64,000 nucleotides of DNA from Candidatus Woesearchaeota archaeon (GCA_046705145.1 JBJKQO010000049.1:591-64590), one strand, 5' to 3'. Positions 9,217-19,899 are shown, counted from the first letter of the stretch. Notes: generated from the letters alone by a model not told the origin. Program-made: numbers and translations.

Positions 9217-10188
9217 ATGGATGAAAATTTAGACCTAACTGACAAAAAGCTTCTGTTTGAGCTGGACATGAACGCAAGAGCGACAAATGCAGAACTGGCA
9301 AGCAAGCTGAAGATAAGCAAACAAGCGGTGCAGTACCGCATCAACAGGCTGAAAGAAAAAGAAGTTTTGAAGGGGTTTTATGCAGTTATTGACATCTCTA
9401 AGATCGGATTTATGTATGTTAGGTTCTTTATCAAGTTCAAGGATACAGATGCAGAAAAAGAAGACGAGATAATAGCTTACGCATTAAACAACCCTAGCTC
9501 AGGATGGGTTGTCACGATCGATGGCAATTGGGATTTCTGCGTTGCCCTCATAGTAAAGGATAACATTGAGATCAAGGAAGTCATGAATGATTTTCTGCTA
9601 AAATACGGGAAATACGCGAGAGAATACCAGATAAGCATAGCAAACTACATCCACCACTTCCAGAACAGGTTCCTTCTCGAATCAAAACGAGGAGAGGATT
9701 TTCGCATAGGCGGAAGGCTTGAAGACCAAAAAATAGACCAGTTAGACAGGAAGATACTTTTGACTCTATGCTCCGATGCCCGCATAAGACTGATCACGCT
9801 AGCTTCAAAACTTGGAGAGTCCTATAAGGTCATATCATACAGGATCAGGCAGCTGGAAAAAAGCGGAGTGATAAAATGCTATCGTGCAGATCTGGACTTT
9901 AACAAGCTGGGATACACCCATTATAAGATATTCATAAACACAAAAGACGTGACAGCGCAGTCACTTAACAAGCTTAAGGAGTACTTAAAGCTCCACCCTA
10001 ACACCATCTATGTGACTGAGGCGATAGGCATGGCGGACATCGAGTTTGAAGTTGTCATAAAAGACTACGCCCAGTTCCATGCATTCATGCAGCAGCTAAG
10101 GTTAGAGTTCAGCCAGATAATCAGGGAGTATCACTCAATTATCCTGTATAAGTTCTACCAGATAAACTACCTGCCAAGTCTTGGATAG
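9217..10188 (+). CDS. Lrp/AsnC-family transcriptional regulator, tandem duplicated (two HTH plus RAM units)
   Basis: Two consecutive HTH_AsnC-like segments: LTDKKLLFELDMNARATNAELASKLKISKQAVQYRINRLKEKEVL and LDRKILLTLCSDARIRLITLASKLGESYKVISYRIRQLEKSGVI. Each is followed by a RAM-like domain. The stop is TAG. Confidence 0.7.
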   Translation: MDENLDLTDKKLLFELDMNARATNAELASKLKISKQAVQYRINRLKEKEVLKGFYAVIDISKIGFMYVRFFIKFKDTDAEKEDEIIAYALNNPSSGWVVTIDGNWDFCVALIVKDNIEIKEVMNDFLLKYGKYAREYQISIANYIHHFQNRFLLESKRGEDFRIGGRLEDQKIDQLDRKILLTLCSDARIRLITLASKLGESYKVISYRIRQLEKSGVIKCYRADLDFNKLGYTHYKIFINTKDVTAQSLNKLKEYLKLHPNTIYVTEAIGMADIEFEVVIKDYAQFHAFMQQLRLEFSQIIREYHSIILYKFYQINYLPSLG

Positions 10189-10756
10189 GCTTTCTATCAA
10201 AACCACTAACATTTTTAAATCATCTTGGATTGCTGCATGTAAAATGGGCGATATAACTCTAGTTGAATGCAGGTTGGTTCTTCCAGAAAGGAAATATGGG
10301 GTGTTGGGATCTTATTCCCATCGCACTGAAGTAAGCATTGTTGATCCTTTGAACCAAGGAGCAGAAGAAGGGTTAGTAGGTCATCTGTCCCAACTTTTTC
10401 AGAAGTTATACGGTCTGGGAGACTTAGGGGAGCTCATCAACAAGGCTAACTTTGCATTGAATCGTCTTGGAAATGGAAACTGCTCCTCTCCTGATGAAAT
10501 GGGTTGGTGGAGATCAATTATGCTTATACGGCCGATTATTGACGGTCAACCTTACAGGATAGGACTAGTCGCTTATCCTCACCAATCTGAAAAAAGAGGG
10601 ATCCTTGAGATTGCAGTATTGTTCCCTAATCTAGAAAAATCGGGTTCCACCCCTACTTTAGTAGTAGCTAAAGGCCTCCCTCCTCCTTACCATAAGGTGG
10701 GTGTAGAGGCTATCCTGACAGCATTGACTCTTGCAGAATCTTATAAACCTAAATAA
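10181..10756 (+). CDS. hypothetical protein
   Basis: ORF overlapping the preceding gene by 8 nt. Codon usage is atypical. No motifs recognised. An alternative start is at 10244. Confidence 0.3.
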   Translation: MDRLSIKTTNIFKSSWIAACKMGDITLVECRLVLPERKYGVLGSYSHRTEVSIVDPLNQGAEEGLVGHLSQLFQKLYGLGDLGELINKANFALNRLGNGNCSSPDEMGWWRSIMLIRPIIDGQPYRIGLVAYPHQSEKRGILEIAVLFPNLEKSGSTPTLVVAKGLPPPYHKVGVEAILTALTLAESYKPK

Positions 10757-10759
10757 ATC

Positions 10760-13183
10760 CTACTTCAGCCTGTTCTTGCTTCTGATCTTCTTTTCCATCT
10801 CTGCGATCTTAAGCGTTGTCTTGATCACAGTGTCAGGATTGAGGCTTATCGAGTCTATCCCGCACTCCACGAGGAACGTAGCGAACTCAGGATAGTCTGA
10901 AGGAGCCTGGCCGCATATGCCTATCTTCCTGTGGTTCTTCTTTGCCTTGTGGATGACTTCCCTCACAAGATCCTTCACTGCCTGGTTCCTCTCATCATAG
11001 ACGCTTGCGACAAGCTCAGAGTCGCGGTCAAGGCCGAGAGTCAGCTGTGTCAGGTCGTTTGTACCTATAGAGAAGCCGTCAAATATCTTTGAGAACTCAT
11101 CAGCAAGTATGACGTTTGAAGGTATCTCGCACATGACATAGACCTCAAGATGGTTCTTCCCTCTTTTCAGGCCTGCTTTTTCCATCTCAGCAAGAACCTT
11201 CTTGCCTTCATCAATTGTCCTGCAGAAAGGTATCATAGCCTTCACGTTCGTAAGCCCCATCTCATCCCTTACCTTTATCATCGCCTTGCACTCAAGAGCA
11301 AACGCGTCGCTATACTTAGGATTATAATACCTTGATGCTCCCCTCCACCCGATCATCGGGTTGTCTTCAACGGGTTCATAAGCCTTTCCTCCGATAAGGT
11401 TTGCGTACTCGTTTGACTTGAAATCTGACATCCTGACGATAACATCATACGGATAGAACGCCGCTCCTATCATAGCGATACCTTCTGCCAGCTTGTCAAC
11501 GAAAAACTGCTTCTTGTCAGGGTAGCCCTGGGTCAGGGAGTCTATCTTTGCCTTGAGAGGAGAATCCTTAAGCTTTGAATAGTTGATAAGCGCTTTTGGA
11601 TGTATCTGTATATAAGAGTTGATTATGAACTCTTCCCTTGCAAGCCCGACTCCTGAGTTAGGTATGAAAGACAGCTCAAATGCCTGCTCAGGATTTCCCA
11701 CGTTCATCATTATCTTCGTGTGGGTCTGAGGGATCTTTTTCAGGTCAACCTTGTCCACCCTGAATTTTATCAGGCCATCATATACCCTTCCTCTTTCGCC
11801 TTCTGCACAGGATACTGTTATGCTTTTTCCGGTCTTTATCCTTGTAGAGCCGTTGTTGGTCCCGACCACGCAAGGTATCCCAAGCTCCCTTGATATGATC
11901 GCTGCATGACAGGTCCTTCCGCCCCTGTTTGTCACTATCGCCGACGCTATCTTCATGATAGGCTCCCAGTCAGGATCAGTCATGTCAGTCACAAGGACCT
12001 CTCCTTTCTTGAACTTGTTGATATCCTTTACATTCAGTATAACATGGGCTTTTCCTGAACCTATCTTTGATCCGACGCTCGCTCCCTCGACGATCATCTT
12101 GCCCTTTCCAAGCATCTTGTACTCCTCAAATATCGTCCTGTCCTTCTGGCTCTGCACAGTCTCAGGCCTTGCCTGCACCATGTAAAGCTTTCCTGACACG
12201 CCATCTTTTGCCCATTCCATGTCCATCGGGCTGAACTTTCCACGTTTTTCAGAATAGTGGTCCTCTATTATGCAAGCCCACTTTGCAAGCTTTAACACCT
12301 CAGCATCAGTAAGCGCGAAACTCCTCCTTTCCTCTTCAGGCACAAGAACGTTTTTTGTAGGATGGTTGCCGTTATGCGCATATATCATCTTGATCTTCTT
12401 CTCGCCGACCTTCCTTGAGATTATAGGCTTAAAGCCCTGCTTTAGCGTCGGCTTGAACACAAAATACTGGTCAGGGTTCACTGCGCCCTGGACGACGTTC
12501 TCACCAAGCCCGTAAGCTGCAGTTATCAGGACAGAATTCTCAAACCCTGTCTCTGTGTCGATCGAGAACATGACTCCCGAGCATGCAAGATCGCTTCTTA
12601 CCATCTTCTGCACGCCTATGGAAAGCGCTATCGAGAAATGGTCAAACTTCTTGTCTTCCCTGTAAGATATCGCCCTGTTGGTGAAAAGCGATGCGAAGCA
12701 CCTCTTGCACGCATCGATAAGCGCGTTAGGACCTTTTATGTTAAGGTATGTTTCCTGCTGGCCTGCAAAAGAAGCGTCAGGAAGATCCTCTGCTGTTGCA
12801 GAGCTCCTGACAGCAACATCAGGGTTCTTGCCATACTGCTTCTCCATCTTCTTATAAGCCTCAAAGATCTCATTTTTGAGATCCTGCGGAAACTCAGCAT
12901 GCCTTATTATCTCCCTCACTGCATGGCCCCTTTCAGCTAGGTTCTGCATGTTTCTCGTGTTAAGGCCCCTAAGCGCATCCTTTATCTTCTGCTGGATGCC
13001 TGCCTGCTTAAGAAGATACCTGTAGGCATAAGCAGTTATCGCAAACCCATTTGGCACGTCAACGCCTTTCTTTGTGAGGTTGCGGTACATCTCACCAAGA
13101 GAAGCGTTCTTTCCGCCAACATAAGGAACATCAGATATCCCGATCTCATTAAACCATAGAATAAACTTCTTACTCTTATCCAT
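10760..13183 (-). CDS. ppsA: Phosphoenolpyruvate synthase (pyruvate, water dikinase)
   Basis: N-terminal ATP-grasp region, a phospho-histidine domain GGRTCHAAIISRELGIPCVVG, and a C-terminal PEP-utilising TIM barrel. The conserved start MDKSKKFILWFNEIG is at 13183. Confidence 0.85.
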   Translation of the reverse strand: MDKSKKFILWFNEIGISDVPYVGGKNASLGEMYRNLTKKGVDVPNGFAITAYAYRYLLKQAGIQQKIKDALRGLNTRNMQNLAERGHAVREIIRHAEFPQDLKNEIFEAYKKMEKQYGKNPDVAVRSSATAEDLPDASFAGQQETYLNIKGPNALIDACKRCFASLFTNRAISYREDKKFDHFSIALSIGVQKMVRSDLACSGVMFSIDTETGFENSVLITAAYGLGENVVQGAVNPDQYFVFKPTLKQGFKPIISRKVGEKKIKMIYAHNGNHPTKNVLVPEEERRSFALTDAEVLKLAKWACIIEDHYSEKRGKFSPMDMEWAKDGVSGKLYMVQARPETVQSQKDRTIFEEYKMLGKGKMIVEGASVGSKIGSGKAHVILNVKDINKFKKGEVLVTDMTDPDWEPIMKIASAIVTNRGGRTCHAAIISRELGIPCVVGTNNGSTRIKTGKSITVSCAEGERGRVYDGLIKFRVDKVDLKKIPQTHTKIMMNVGNPEQAFELSFIPNSGVGLAREEFIINSYIQIHPKALINYSKLKDSPLKAKIDSLTQGYPDKKQFFVDKLAEGIAMIGAAFYPYDVIVRMSDFKSNEYANLIGGKAYEPVEDNPMIGWRGASRYYNPKYSDAFALECKAMIKVRDEMGLTNVKAMIPFCRTIDEGKKVLAEMEKAGLKRGKNHLEVYVMCEIPSNVILADEFSKIFDGFSIGTNDLTQLTLGLDRDSELVASVYDERNQAVKDLVREVIHKAKKNHRKIGICGQAPSDYPEFATFLVECGIDSISLNPDTVIKTTLKIAEMEKKIRSKNRLK

Positions 13184-13275
13184 TCTAAAAACACCCCTTT
13201 TTTTCTTGAAAATAATGATTTCTAGATTACCATCTCTTCTACACATGACTATATATAAAGCTTTCGAATATCCTA

Positions 13276-13494
13276 TCATGCAAACCGTATCTTTGTGAAA
13301 ATCAAAATGAGGTAGATAGCGATAAGTAGCAGGCTTATAGACACCGAAACGATTGAAACATAAAGGTAGGCTTTTGAGAAGCGATACTTCTTCTTTGAGC
13401 TGTACCTAAACAATAGGGAGCACGCTGTTCCCATAAGAAGATACGTTATTGATATTGTGATCAGGGAGTTCATCTTTTTACAGACCTCTAACAA
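13276..13494 (-). CDS. small hydrophobic membrane protein (hypothetical)
   Basis: Two predicted TM helices. The frame opens with TTG at 13494 and has an internal ATG at 13473. It abuts the next small ORF. Confidence 0.25.
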   Translation of the reverse strand: MLEVCKKMNSLITISITYLLMGTACSLLFRYSSKKKYRFSKAYLYVSIVSVSISLLLIAIYLILIFTKIRFA

Positions 13495-13707
13495 TCAAAT
13501 CCTCAACAAAAGCGTGAAAACAAGATAAAATATCAGAAGCATCACAAAAGGCACGGCGCTTATCAGGAGAAGCATCTTCTTGTCCTTCACTCTCTTGTGA
13601 TATGATAAGTAGAACAGGCAGGATATACCTATTGCCAGAACAGCAAGTATCAAGAAGGTCATAAGTGTTGATCTGAACAGGCCCATAAGTACCAATATTT
13701 TTTTCAT
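13495..13707 (-). CDS. small hydrophobic membrane protein (hypothetical)
   Basis: 70 aa with an ATG start and two TM helices (MKKILVLMGLF...). It is directly adjacent to the previous small membrane ORF, so the two may be one gene, or artefacts. Confidence 0.25.
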   Translation of the reverse strand: MKKILVLMGLFRSTLMTFLILAVLAIGISCLFYLSYHKRVKDKKMLLLISAVPFVMLLIFYLVFTLLLRI

Positions 13708-13759
13708 TTTATTTAAATCTTTTGAGGTATCTTATTTACGATAACTTTATAACCTGACC

Positions 13760-14704
13760 TTGTCTTTTTGTACTGCTATAGATGCTATAGAAGTGAGTGG
13801 GCTTGTCAAGACATTTCGGCATGGAAAGGTGAAAGCTGTTGACGGAGTCTCATTTACAGTGAAAAAGGGAGAGATATTTGGCCTTCTTGGAGTTAACGGC
13901 GCAGGAAAGACCACGACAATTAACATACTTACAGGAATACTGAAAAAAGACAAGGGGGAGATAAGGATACTTGGGATGGACCCGAGAAAAGACTGGGAAG
14001 AAGTCAAGCCAAAGATGAACGTGAGCACAGCTTATTATCCCCTGTCTGATGTTCTGACTATCAGGCAGAACCTGAGGGTATATGCAGGCATATACCATGT
14101 CAAGGAACCGAAAAAAAAGATAGAACATCTTCTTGAGATATTTGAGCTAAAGCATCTGGGAGACAGGAAGGTCAGAGACCTTAGCTCAGGAGAAAAGACG
14201 AGGACCGCGCTTTGCAAGGGGTTGATAAATGATCCCGAAATATTATTCCTTGACGAGTGCACAGTAGGCCTTGACCCGGACATCGCAGAAAAGACAAGGA
14301 ACATAATAAAAGAATACAACAAGAAGAAAGGCTGCACCATAATCTTCACATCACATTACATGTACGAGGTAGAAGAGCTTTGCGACAGGATAGCCTTCAT
14401 GAGCAAGGGAAAGATAATAACCATCGCGACAGCAGACGAGCTTAAGAAGACCATAAAAAAGCAGACCATAGCGATAACCGTGAAAAGCGACGTGCATAAG
14501 CTAAAGAAGTTCCTGGAAGATGAGAAGGTAGACATCCTTACGACTGAAGACAACAACATAATATTTGAGGTCTCAAGCGAGAACGACAAGATATACAAGA
14601 CCCTAAATAAGATATTTGCAAACGGATTCATGCTGCAGGACCTTCACATAAAAAGGCCGACACTTGAAGAGATCTTCATCAAGTTTGCGAGGTCAAAAAA
14701 ATGA
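13760..14704 (+). CDS. ABC transporter ATP-binding protein
   Basis: Walker A GVNGAGKTTT, signature LSSGEKTR, Walker B ILFLDECTVGLD and an H-loop. There is no in-frame ATG at the N-terminus: the frame opens with TTG at 13760, and an alternative GTG is at 13793. Confidence 0.8.
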   Translation: MSFCTAIDAIEVSGLVKTFRHGKVKAVDGVSFTVKKGEIFGLLGVNGAGKTTTINILTGILKKDKGEIRILGMDPRKDWEEVKPKMNVSTAYYPLSDVLTIRQNLRVYAGIYHVKEPKKKIEHLLEIFELKHLGDRKVRDLSSGEKTRTALCKGLINDPEILFLDECTVGLDPDIAEKTRNIIKEYNKKKGCTIIFTSHYMYEVEELCDRIAFMSKGKIITIATADELKKTIKKQTIAITVKSDVHKLKKFLEDEKVDILTTEDNNIIFEVSSENDKIYKTLNKIFANGFMLQDLHIKRPTLEEIFIKFARSKK

Positions 14705-15486
14705 AGCTATACAGGATAAATGCGCTGCTCCTGAAATATTATTACATTACTATCAACAGGATCGACAGGATATTTGACATAATATACTGGCCTTTTGTAA
14801 GCCTGCTGTTATGGGGATTCACAAGCACGTTCATAGACAAGGCAGCAAACCTAAACCTCATAAGCGTCATGATAGGAGGATTCATGCTTTGGATACTTGT
14901 CTGGAGGGCGACGCAGGACATGGCAGTTTTCGTCCTTGAGGATTTCTGGTCTGACAACCTGTACCACCTTTTTTCCTCTCCTGTAAGGCTAAGCGAGCAC
15001 GTCATATCGATAGTGCTGCTTGGATTTTTGAGGGCATTTCTCACTTTCGGAGTGATGGTCGTGATAGGGATACTTGTATATTCTTTTAACATATTTACCC
15101 TAAATCCGGGTTTTTTGGCGATAGCCATGTTTTTGCTTTCGATCTTCGGATGGGCGCTTGGGCTTCTTGTGATAGCGCTGATCATCAAATGGGGGCAGAG
15201 GATACAGGTTCTTGCATGGAGCATAGTATGGCTTGTGCAGCCTTTCAGCTGCATATTCTATCCTCTGGAGTCCCTCCCAAGATGGGCGCAGTACGTGGCC
15301 AAGGTGATGCCCACGACCTACATCTTTGAGAACCTTCGAAATGTTGTGTACCACAACACCATAGACTATAGGGGTATGGTGTATGCTTTTATTATTAGTG
15401 TGGTGATGGTAGTGCTAATGGTGTTCTTCCTTAAATGGTCTTTTGAGAGCTCAAGAAAATCAGGGCTTCTTGCAAAAAGCGGTTGA
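14701..15486 (+). CDS. ABC-2 type transporter permease
   Basis: A 4-nt overlap (ATGA) with the ATPase gene. Six predicted TM helices, as expected for ABC-2 family exporters. Confidence 0.65.
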   Translation: MKLYRINALLLKYYYITINRIDRIFDIIYWPFVSLLLWGFTSTFIDKAANLNLISVMIGGFMLWILVWRATQDMAVFVLEDFWSDNLYHLFSSPVRLSEHVISIVLLGFLRAFLTFGVMVVIGILVYSFNIFTLNPGFLAIAMFLLSIFGWALGLLVIALIIKWGQRIQVLAWSIVWLVQPFSCIFYPLESLPRWAQYVAKVMPTTYIFENLRNVVYHNTIDYRGMVYAFIISVVMVVLMVFFLKWSFESSRKSGLLAKSG

Positions 15487-15578
15487 TTTGTTTGGATTTA
15501 AACAACAACCGTTTCGTGACAATAAAATTAGTTAAATGTCTGCTTCTGATAATATGACTAGAGGCGTCATCTATTACA

Positions 15579-18500
15579 ATGCAAAAAAAGGGGTTGGAAG
15601 GCGTAGCTATGCTGATAGCGATGCTCCTGATAGCTTCAGCTGTCTATGCCGAAAACGATACAGGACCGCTTACATACAATGTTTCAAATGTTTCAGGATC
15701 ATCATCCATAAATGATTCAGCAATAATTCTTTCTGATAATCTTACTTTGCCTCCATCCGAACCAGCTGTTAGTGAGACTCAAAATCTCTCTTATAACACA
15801 TCACCACATTTTGAGTTTCCAGCATACGTTGGATCCGCAAGCATAAGCCACAACAAGATATCGATAGTGAAAAAACAGCAGTTAAACATCTCTGCAACAC
15901 GCGAGTGGGAGATACTTCAACAGGAAGCTGACGGAAAACTCAAGCTGGAAACCTCTCCTTCAGGTGGCCCCACAAGGATAATAGGGACCAAGATAAGGGC
16001 AGGAAAAGAAGTCGCATATGCAAAGGTAGGAATTTCAAAAGAAAATGCAGAGTCATTTATCAGGTCAAACCAAAACCTTCTTGGCCTGGAATATTCCGAC
16101 CTGAAAATATCTAATGAGTATGAATCCGGGCCATTTAAGACATATTCCTTCCAGCAGTACTACATGGATATCCCGGTTTTTGAAGGGGGAGCAGGGATAA
16201 CTCTTGAGAAAGAGGACTATGTGATCCTTTTTGGATCTAATTACCATCAAGGGATCGATCTTGACACTGTACCTTCGATCTCATCAGAAGATGCATTTGA
16301 AGCAGTGGTTTCAGACTTGGGCATCACAAACAAAAGTGATGCTGTCATAAGGAACATTACCCTTATCATATTTCCAGTTGATGAAGAAGACCAGACACGC
16401 TACTATCTTTCATGGAAGGTAGATATAATACTGCCAAAGATGCCTGGCGCATGGACCTATCTTGTCGACGCGCATTCAGGAGATTTAATCAGCAGGATTA
16501 ACCTTCTTAAGGATTATCCTGACAGCATAACAGTGCATGGCACAGCATCTTCACACATATACCCTGAACACGTTTATGATCCTCTGCAACAAAAGCCGCT
16601 TGCAAATGCATATGTCTATTTTTATGATTCTGACCCATCTGATTCTGATGACCTGCTCGGATCAAGCCCCTACACAACAGACAGCAGCGGATATTATGAC
16701 TCAGGATGGATGAGCACAATGACAGATCCAGGACCATCACAGGGCCAGCCTTACATAACCTCATACCTCAAAGGTCCATATCTTGAAGTGGAAGATTATG
16801 ATGGCGAGCCTGAATCATACTACTTTGATCTCACAAGCGACCCATCAGACTCAATAACCCATGATTTTAACATGGGCTACGGAGAGCAGCAGAACGTGTT
16901 TTATCACGCAAACCTCATGCATGATTATTTCAGGCAGGCTCCTTTCAATTTCAGAGGGATGGACTATAGGATGATCGCCACAGTAGGATACGGCACGAAT
17001 TACTGCAACGCATTCTATGACGGAAGAGACATAGCGTTTGGAGACGGCATCCCATCAAGAGGCTGCGGCAACCTCGCCCTTGACTCAGACATAATCTACC
17101 ATGAATACATGCACGGCGTAACGGACAGGATAATCTACCTCCCATATTCAGGCCAGTCAGGAGCGATCGATGAGGCGCTATCAGACTATTACGGATGCTC
17201 CTTTAACGGAAACCCGATACAGGGAGAAGGAACATTTAGCGGAGGAGCAAGAAGGCTTGACAACAGCATGAAATACCCCGACGACTGGGAAGGAGAAGTG
17301 CACCATGACAGCATGATCATATCAGGAGCATTCTGGGAAGTGAGAAGTGCGCTTGGCAGGGACTACACAGACCTTCTTGTATTTCGTGCGCTTAAGATGT
17401 CGCCGCACGCCTACACATTTACAGCATTTCTTGAGAACATGCTTCTTGCAGATGATGACGATGGAGACCTCTCAGACGGCACGCCAAACATGAACGTGAT
17501 ATGCGACGCTTTCAATAGCCATGGCATAGACTCAGATTACTGCGTCGTTGTCTCATGCTCAACATCATGGATAAGCTATCCTTATGATGCAGAAGTTGGA
17601 AATCAGCAGACCTACAGGTGGTCAAACTCGTGCTCTTCATCAAGCACGATGCTAAGATACTGTTCTCCTGACTTTTCAGGATGTTCTTATTCCAATCATG
17701 AGTATTCTACCTCTTCTAAGCAGGGAAGCAAAGGGACGTTTTCTGAATCGATCGTTTTTGATGAGCCAGGAAGCTGGAAGATCTTTGCGCAGGCATCATC
17801 TGACCCTGGAACAGCTTATTCAAGCATCATAACAACAGTTGTCACGCTTCCAAAAACTGACCTTGACGGAGATGGCTATGATGATTCTTCTGACTGCAAC
17901 GATTCTGATGCGAGCATACATCCAGGAGCGACCGAAACATGCAATGCAAAAGATGATGATTGTGACGGAAAAGTTGATGAAAGCCTTCCTGACATCTTTG
18001 ACGGATCTGACACAGGCGTGTGCCAGACAGGCATAAGGTCATGTCAGGGAGGAGAATGGGTGATAGTCCAGGAAAGGATAGATCCAGTCGAAGAGATATG
18101 CGAAAACGGCCTTGATGATGACTGCGACGGAAAAGTTGACGAGTGCCTATCCCTCATTATCAATGCACCTTCAAGCGGAGTGAAAGACACAAGAAGGATA
18201 TACATAAACCTGACTACAAACGGCATTGTCGACAGGATAACCTATACAGACAGCCCACTCGATGATCATCTCACTGAGGACCATGCAGCAAGAAGCTCGG
18301 AAAGGATGCTTTGCGCAAGATGCGACGGATACGGCTATGATTCTGCAAAGATGAAAGTCTTCAGCGAAGGATGGCACAACATAACATTCAAGGCATATGT
18401 AGGGGGTGAGACCTTCAGCAATAATGTAATGATATTTATCGACAGCATATCACCAAGGATATTTTCAACCCTCCCAAAAAAAGGAGGATACACAAACGGC

Positions 18501-18980
18501 TCATTTACAGTCATATTCAGGGAGGAAAATCCCGTCAAGTTCACGCTGGCTTACGGACCAGTTAATGATGAAGAATCATATGATTCATACAGCGAAACAT
18601 ACCAGAAGCAGGATTTCACCTTCTTTACCAACATCACAAGATTAGACGGCATGAAGATGCATTATTGGATGAGGGTCACGGACGTTGCAGGCAATCTTGG
18701 CACAAGCAGGGACAACATAGTATATGTTGACGTGACCAAGCCAAACATAACCCGATTGGATTATGAGATCATAAGAAGAAGCGCGTCATTTGACATTGAC
18801 ATATCCGAAAAAGTCACGCTTGAATACCTTGATGGCAGCAGATGGAATATGATGTGCAGGAACTGTGATAGCTACAGCAGAAGAAAGACCTTCTCAAGAG
18901 GAGACCACAACGTAACTATAAAGGCAACAGACAAAGCAGGAAACACAGATATAAAAGAAATAAGTTTCAGGGTGGATTAA
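15579..18980 (+). CDS. secreted M4 (thermolysin-like) zinc metallopeptidase with FTP/PepSY propeptide, MopE-like Cys-rich repeats and C-terminal beta-sandwich domains
   Basis: N-terminal signal MQKKGLEGVAMLIAMLLIASAVYA. Zinc-binding HEYMHGV with the third ligand in IDEALSDYYG (the HExxH...NEAxSD pattern of family M4, also close to the fungalysin HEYTHG). Three repeats of the CxxxDDDCDGKVDE type (DLDGDGYDDSSDCNDSD...CNAKDDDCDGKVDE). Confidence 0.7.
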   Translation: MQKKGLEGVAMLIAMLLIASAVYAENDTGPLTYNVSNVSGSSSINDSAIILSDNLTLPPSEPAVSETQNLSYNTSPHFEFPAYVGSASISHNKISIVKKQQLNISATREWEILQQEADGKLKLETSPSGGPTRIIGTKIRAGKEVAYAKVGISKENAESFIRSNQNLLGLEYSDLKISNEYESGPFKTYSFQQYYMDIPVFEGGAGITLEKEDYVILFGSNYHQGIDLDTVPSISSEDAFEAVVSDLGITNKSDAVIRNITLIIFPVDEEDQTRYYLSWKVDIILPKMPGAWTYLVDAHSGDLISRINLLKDYPDSITVHGTASSHIYPEHVYDPLQQKPLANAYVYFYDSDPSDSDDLLGSSPYTTDSSGYYDSGWMSTMTDPGPSQGQPYITSYLKGPYLEVEDYDGEPESYYFDLTSDPSDSITHDFNMGYGEQQNVFYHANLMHDYFRQAPFNFRGMDYRMIATVGYGTNYCNAFYDGRDIAFGDGIPSRGCGNLALDSDIIYHEYMHGVTDRIIYLPYSGQSGAIDEALSDYYGCSFNGNPIQGEGTFSGGARRLDNSMKYPDDWEGEVHHDSMIISGAFWEVRSALGRDYTDLLVFRALKMSPHAYTFTAFLENMLLADDDDGDLSDGTPNMNVICDAFNSHGIDSDYCVVVSCSTSWISYPYDAEVGNQQTYRWSNSCSSSSTMLRYCSPDFSGCSYSNHEYSTSSKQGSKGTFSESIVFDEPGSWKIFAQASSDPGTAYSSIITTVVTLPKTDLDGDGYDDSSDCNDSDASIHPGATETCNAKDDDCDGKVDESLPDIFDGSDTGVCQTGIRSCQGGEWVIVQERIDPVEEICENGLDDDCDGKVDECLSLIINAPSSGVKDTRRIYINLTTNGIVDRITYTDSPLDDHLTEDHAARSSERMLCARCDGYGYDSAKMKVFSEGWHNITFKAYVGGETFSNNVMIFIDSISPRIFSTLPKKGGYTNGSFTVIFREENPVKFTLAYGPVNDEESYDSYSETYQKQDFTFFTNITRLDGMKMHYWMRVTDVAGNLGTSRDNIVYVDVTKPNITRLDYEIIRRSASFDIDISEKVTLEYLDGSRWNMMCRNCDSYSRRKTFSRGDHNVTIKATDKAGNTDIKEISFRVD

Positions 18981-19723
18981 TCATTCTCAACCCTTGGTGC
19001 AAGGATGAATGCAAGGTTAAGCTTGTCAACAACCTTGTAGTTTATCTTAAGAGGATAATCCTTGCTGAAAGACACAGATACGCGGTCTGTGAACTTTGAG
19101 CCGCCTGTCATCTTCTTAAGGTATTCTATAGAATATTTTGCCTTGACAGCGTCAGAACCCTCTTTTTCTATCTTTACACCGTCACCTGCCTTCATCTCGA
19201 TCTCAGCCTTTGACAGGTCCCCTTCAGCCTTTATAAGAAGCCTCTTGTCATCAGCGCTAAAAGTAGCGGATTCTGCCACTATATCCGCATCCTCTATAGC
19301 CTCATTGAGCATGTTGCAGGGCATCGTGACAACAACCCCAAACTTGAGGTCAGGAACCTTCTGTTCCTTCTCTTCTATATCAAGGATAGGAAGCGAGAAC
19401 ACCCTCTTTGAGTTTCCTTTTATTGTTATGGAAAGCTTGTTTTCAGAGCCCATCTCAAGGGTTATCATGTCATTTGCTCCTGCTCTTTTGAGCATCTGCT
19501 TGAGGTTTGACAGGTTGATGGCTATCTCTGTCTCCTTCTTGACATTATACTCTGTAAAACAGCTTGAAAGAAGCTTGAATATGACCATCGCCACATTTGC
19601 AGGATCCATCGCGACAAGCTCCACTGCAGTAGGAGTTATCTTGAACCTTGCCTCATTGACAAGCTCAGATATTATTGCGACACTGTCCTTTAGGTATTTT
19701 GGTTCTGCAAGTGTAAGTTTCAT
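18977..19723 (-). CDS. pcn: DNA polymerase sliding clamp PCNA
   Basis: 248 aa from MKLTLAEPKYLKDSVAIISELVNEARFKI.... Length and sequence are typical of archaeal PCNA. The track ORF start at 19756 adds 11 residues. Convergent 4-nt overlap with the peptidase gene. Confidence 0.85.
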   Translation of the reverse strand: MKLTLAEPKYLKDSVAIISELVNEARFKITPTAVELVAMDPANVAMVIFKLLSSCFTEYNVKKETEIAINLSNLKQMLKRAGANDMITLEMGSENKLSITIKGNSKRVFSLPILDIEEKEQKVPDLKFGVVVTMPCNMLNEAIEDADIVAESATFSADDKRLLIKAEGDLSKAEIEMKAGDGVKIEKEGSDAVKAKYSIEYLKKMTGGSKFTDRVSVSFSKDYPLKINYKVVDKLNLAFILAPRVEND

Positions 19724-19899
19724 GTTTAATTCCCCCTTAATACCTGTAAAGAACAAATCTACTATTTAAATATTTTTATGTTTTTTTTAGGGATTCATCC
19801 AAATCCATATTTTATAGTGTTAGTATCGATTTCTTCTTCATATTTTAGTATCACTTTTAAATAGTAAAAATAATAAGGTTTATATATCCTTTCTGATTA

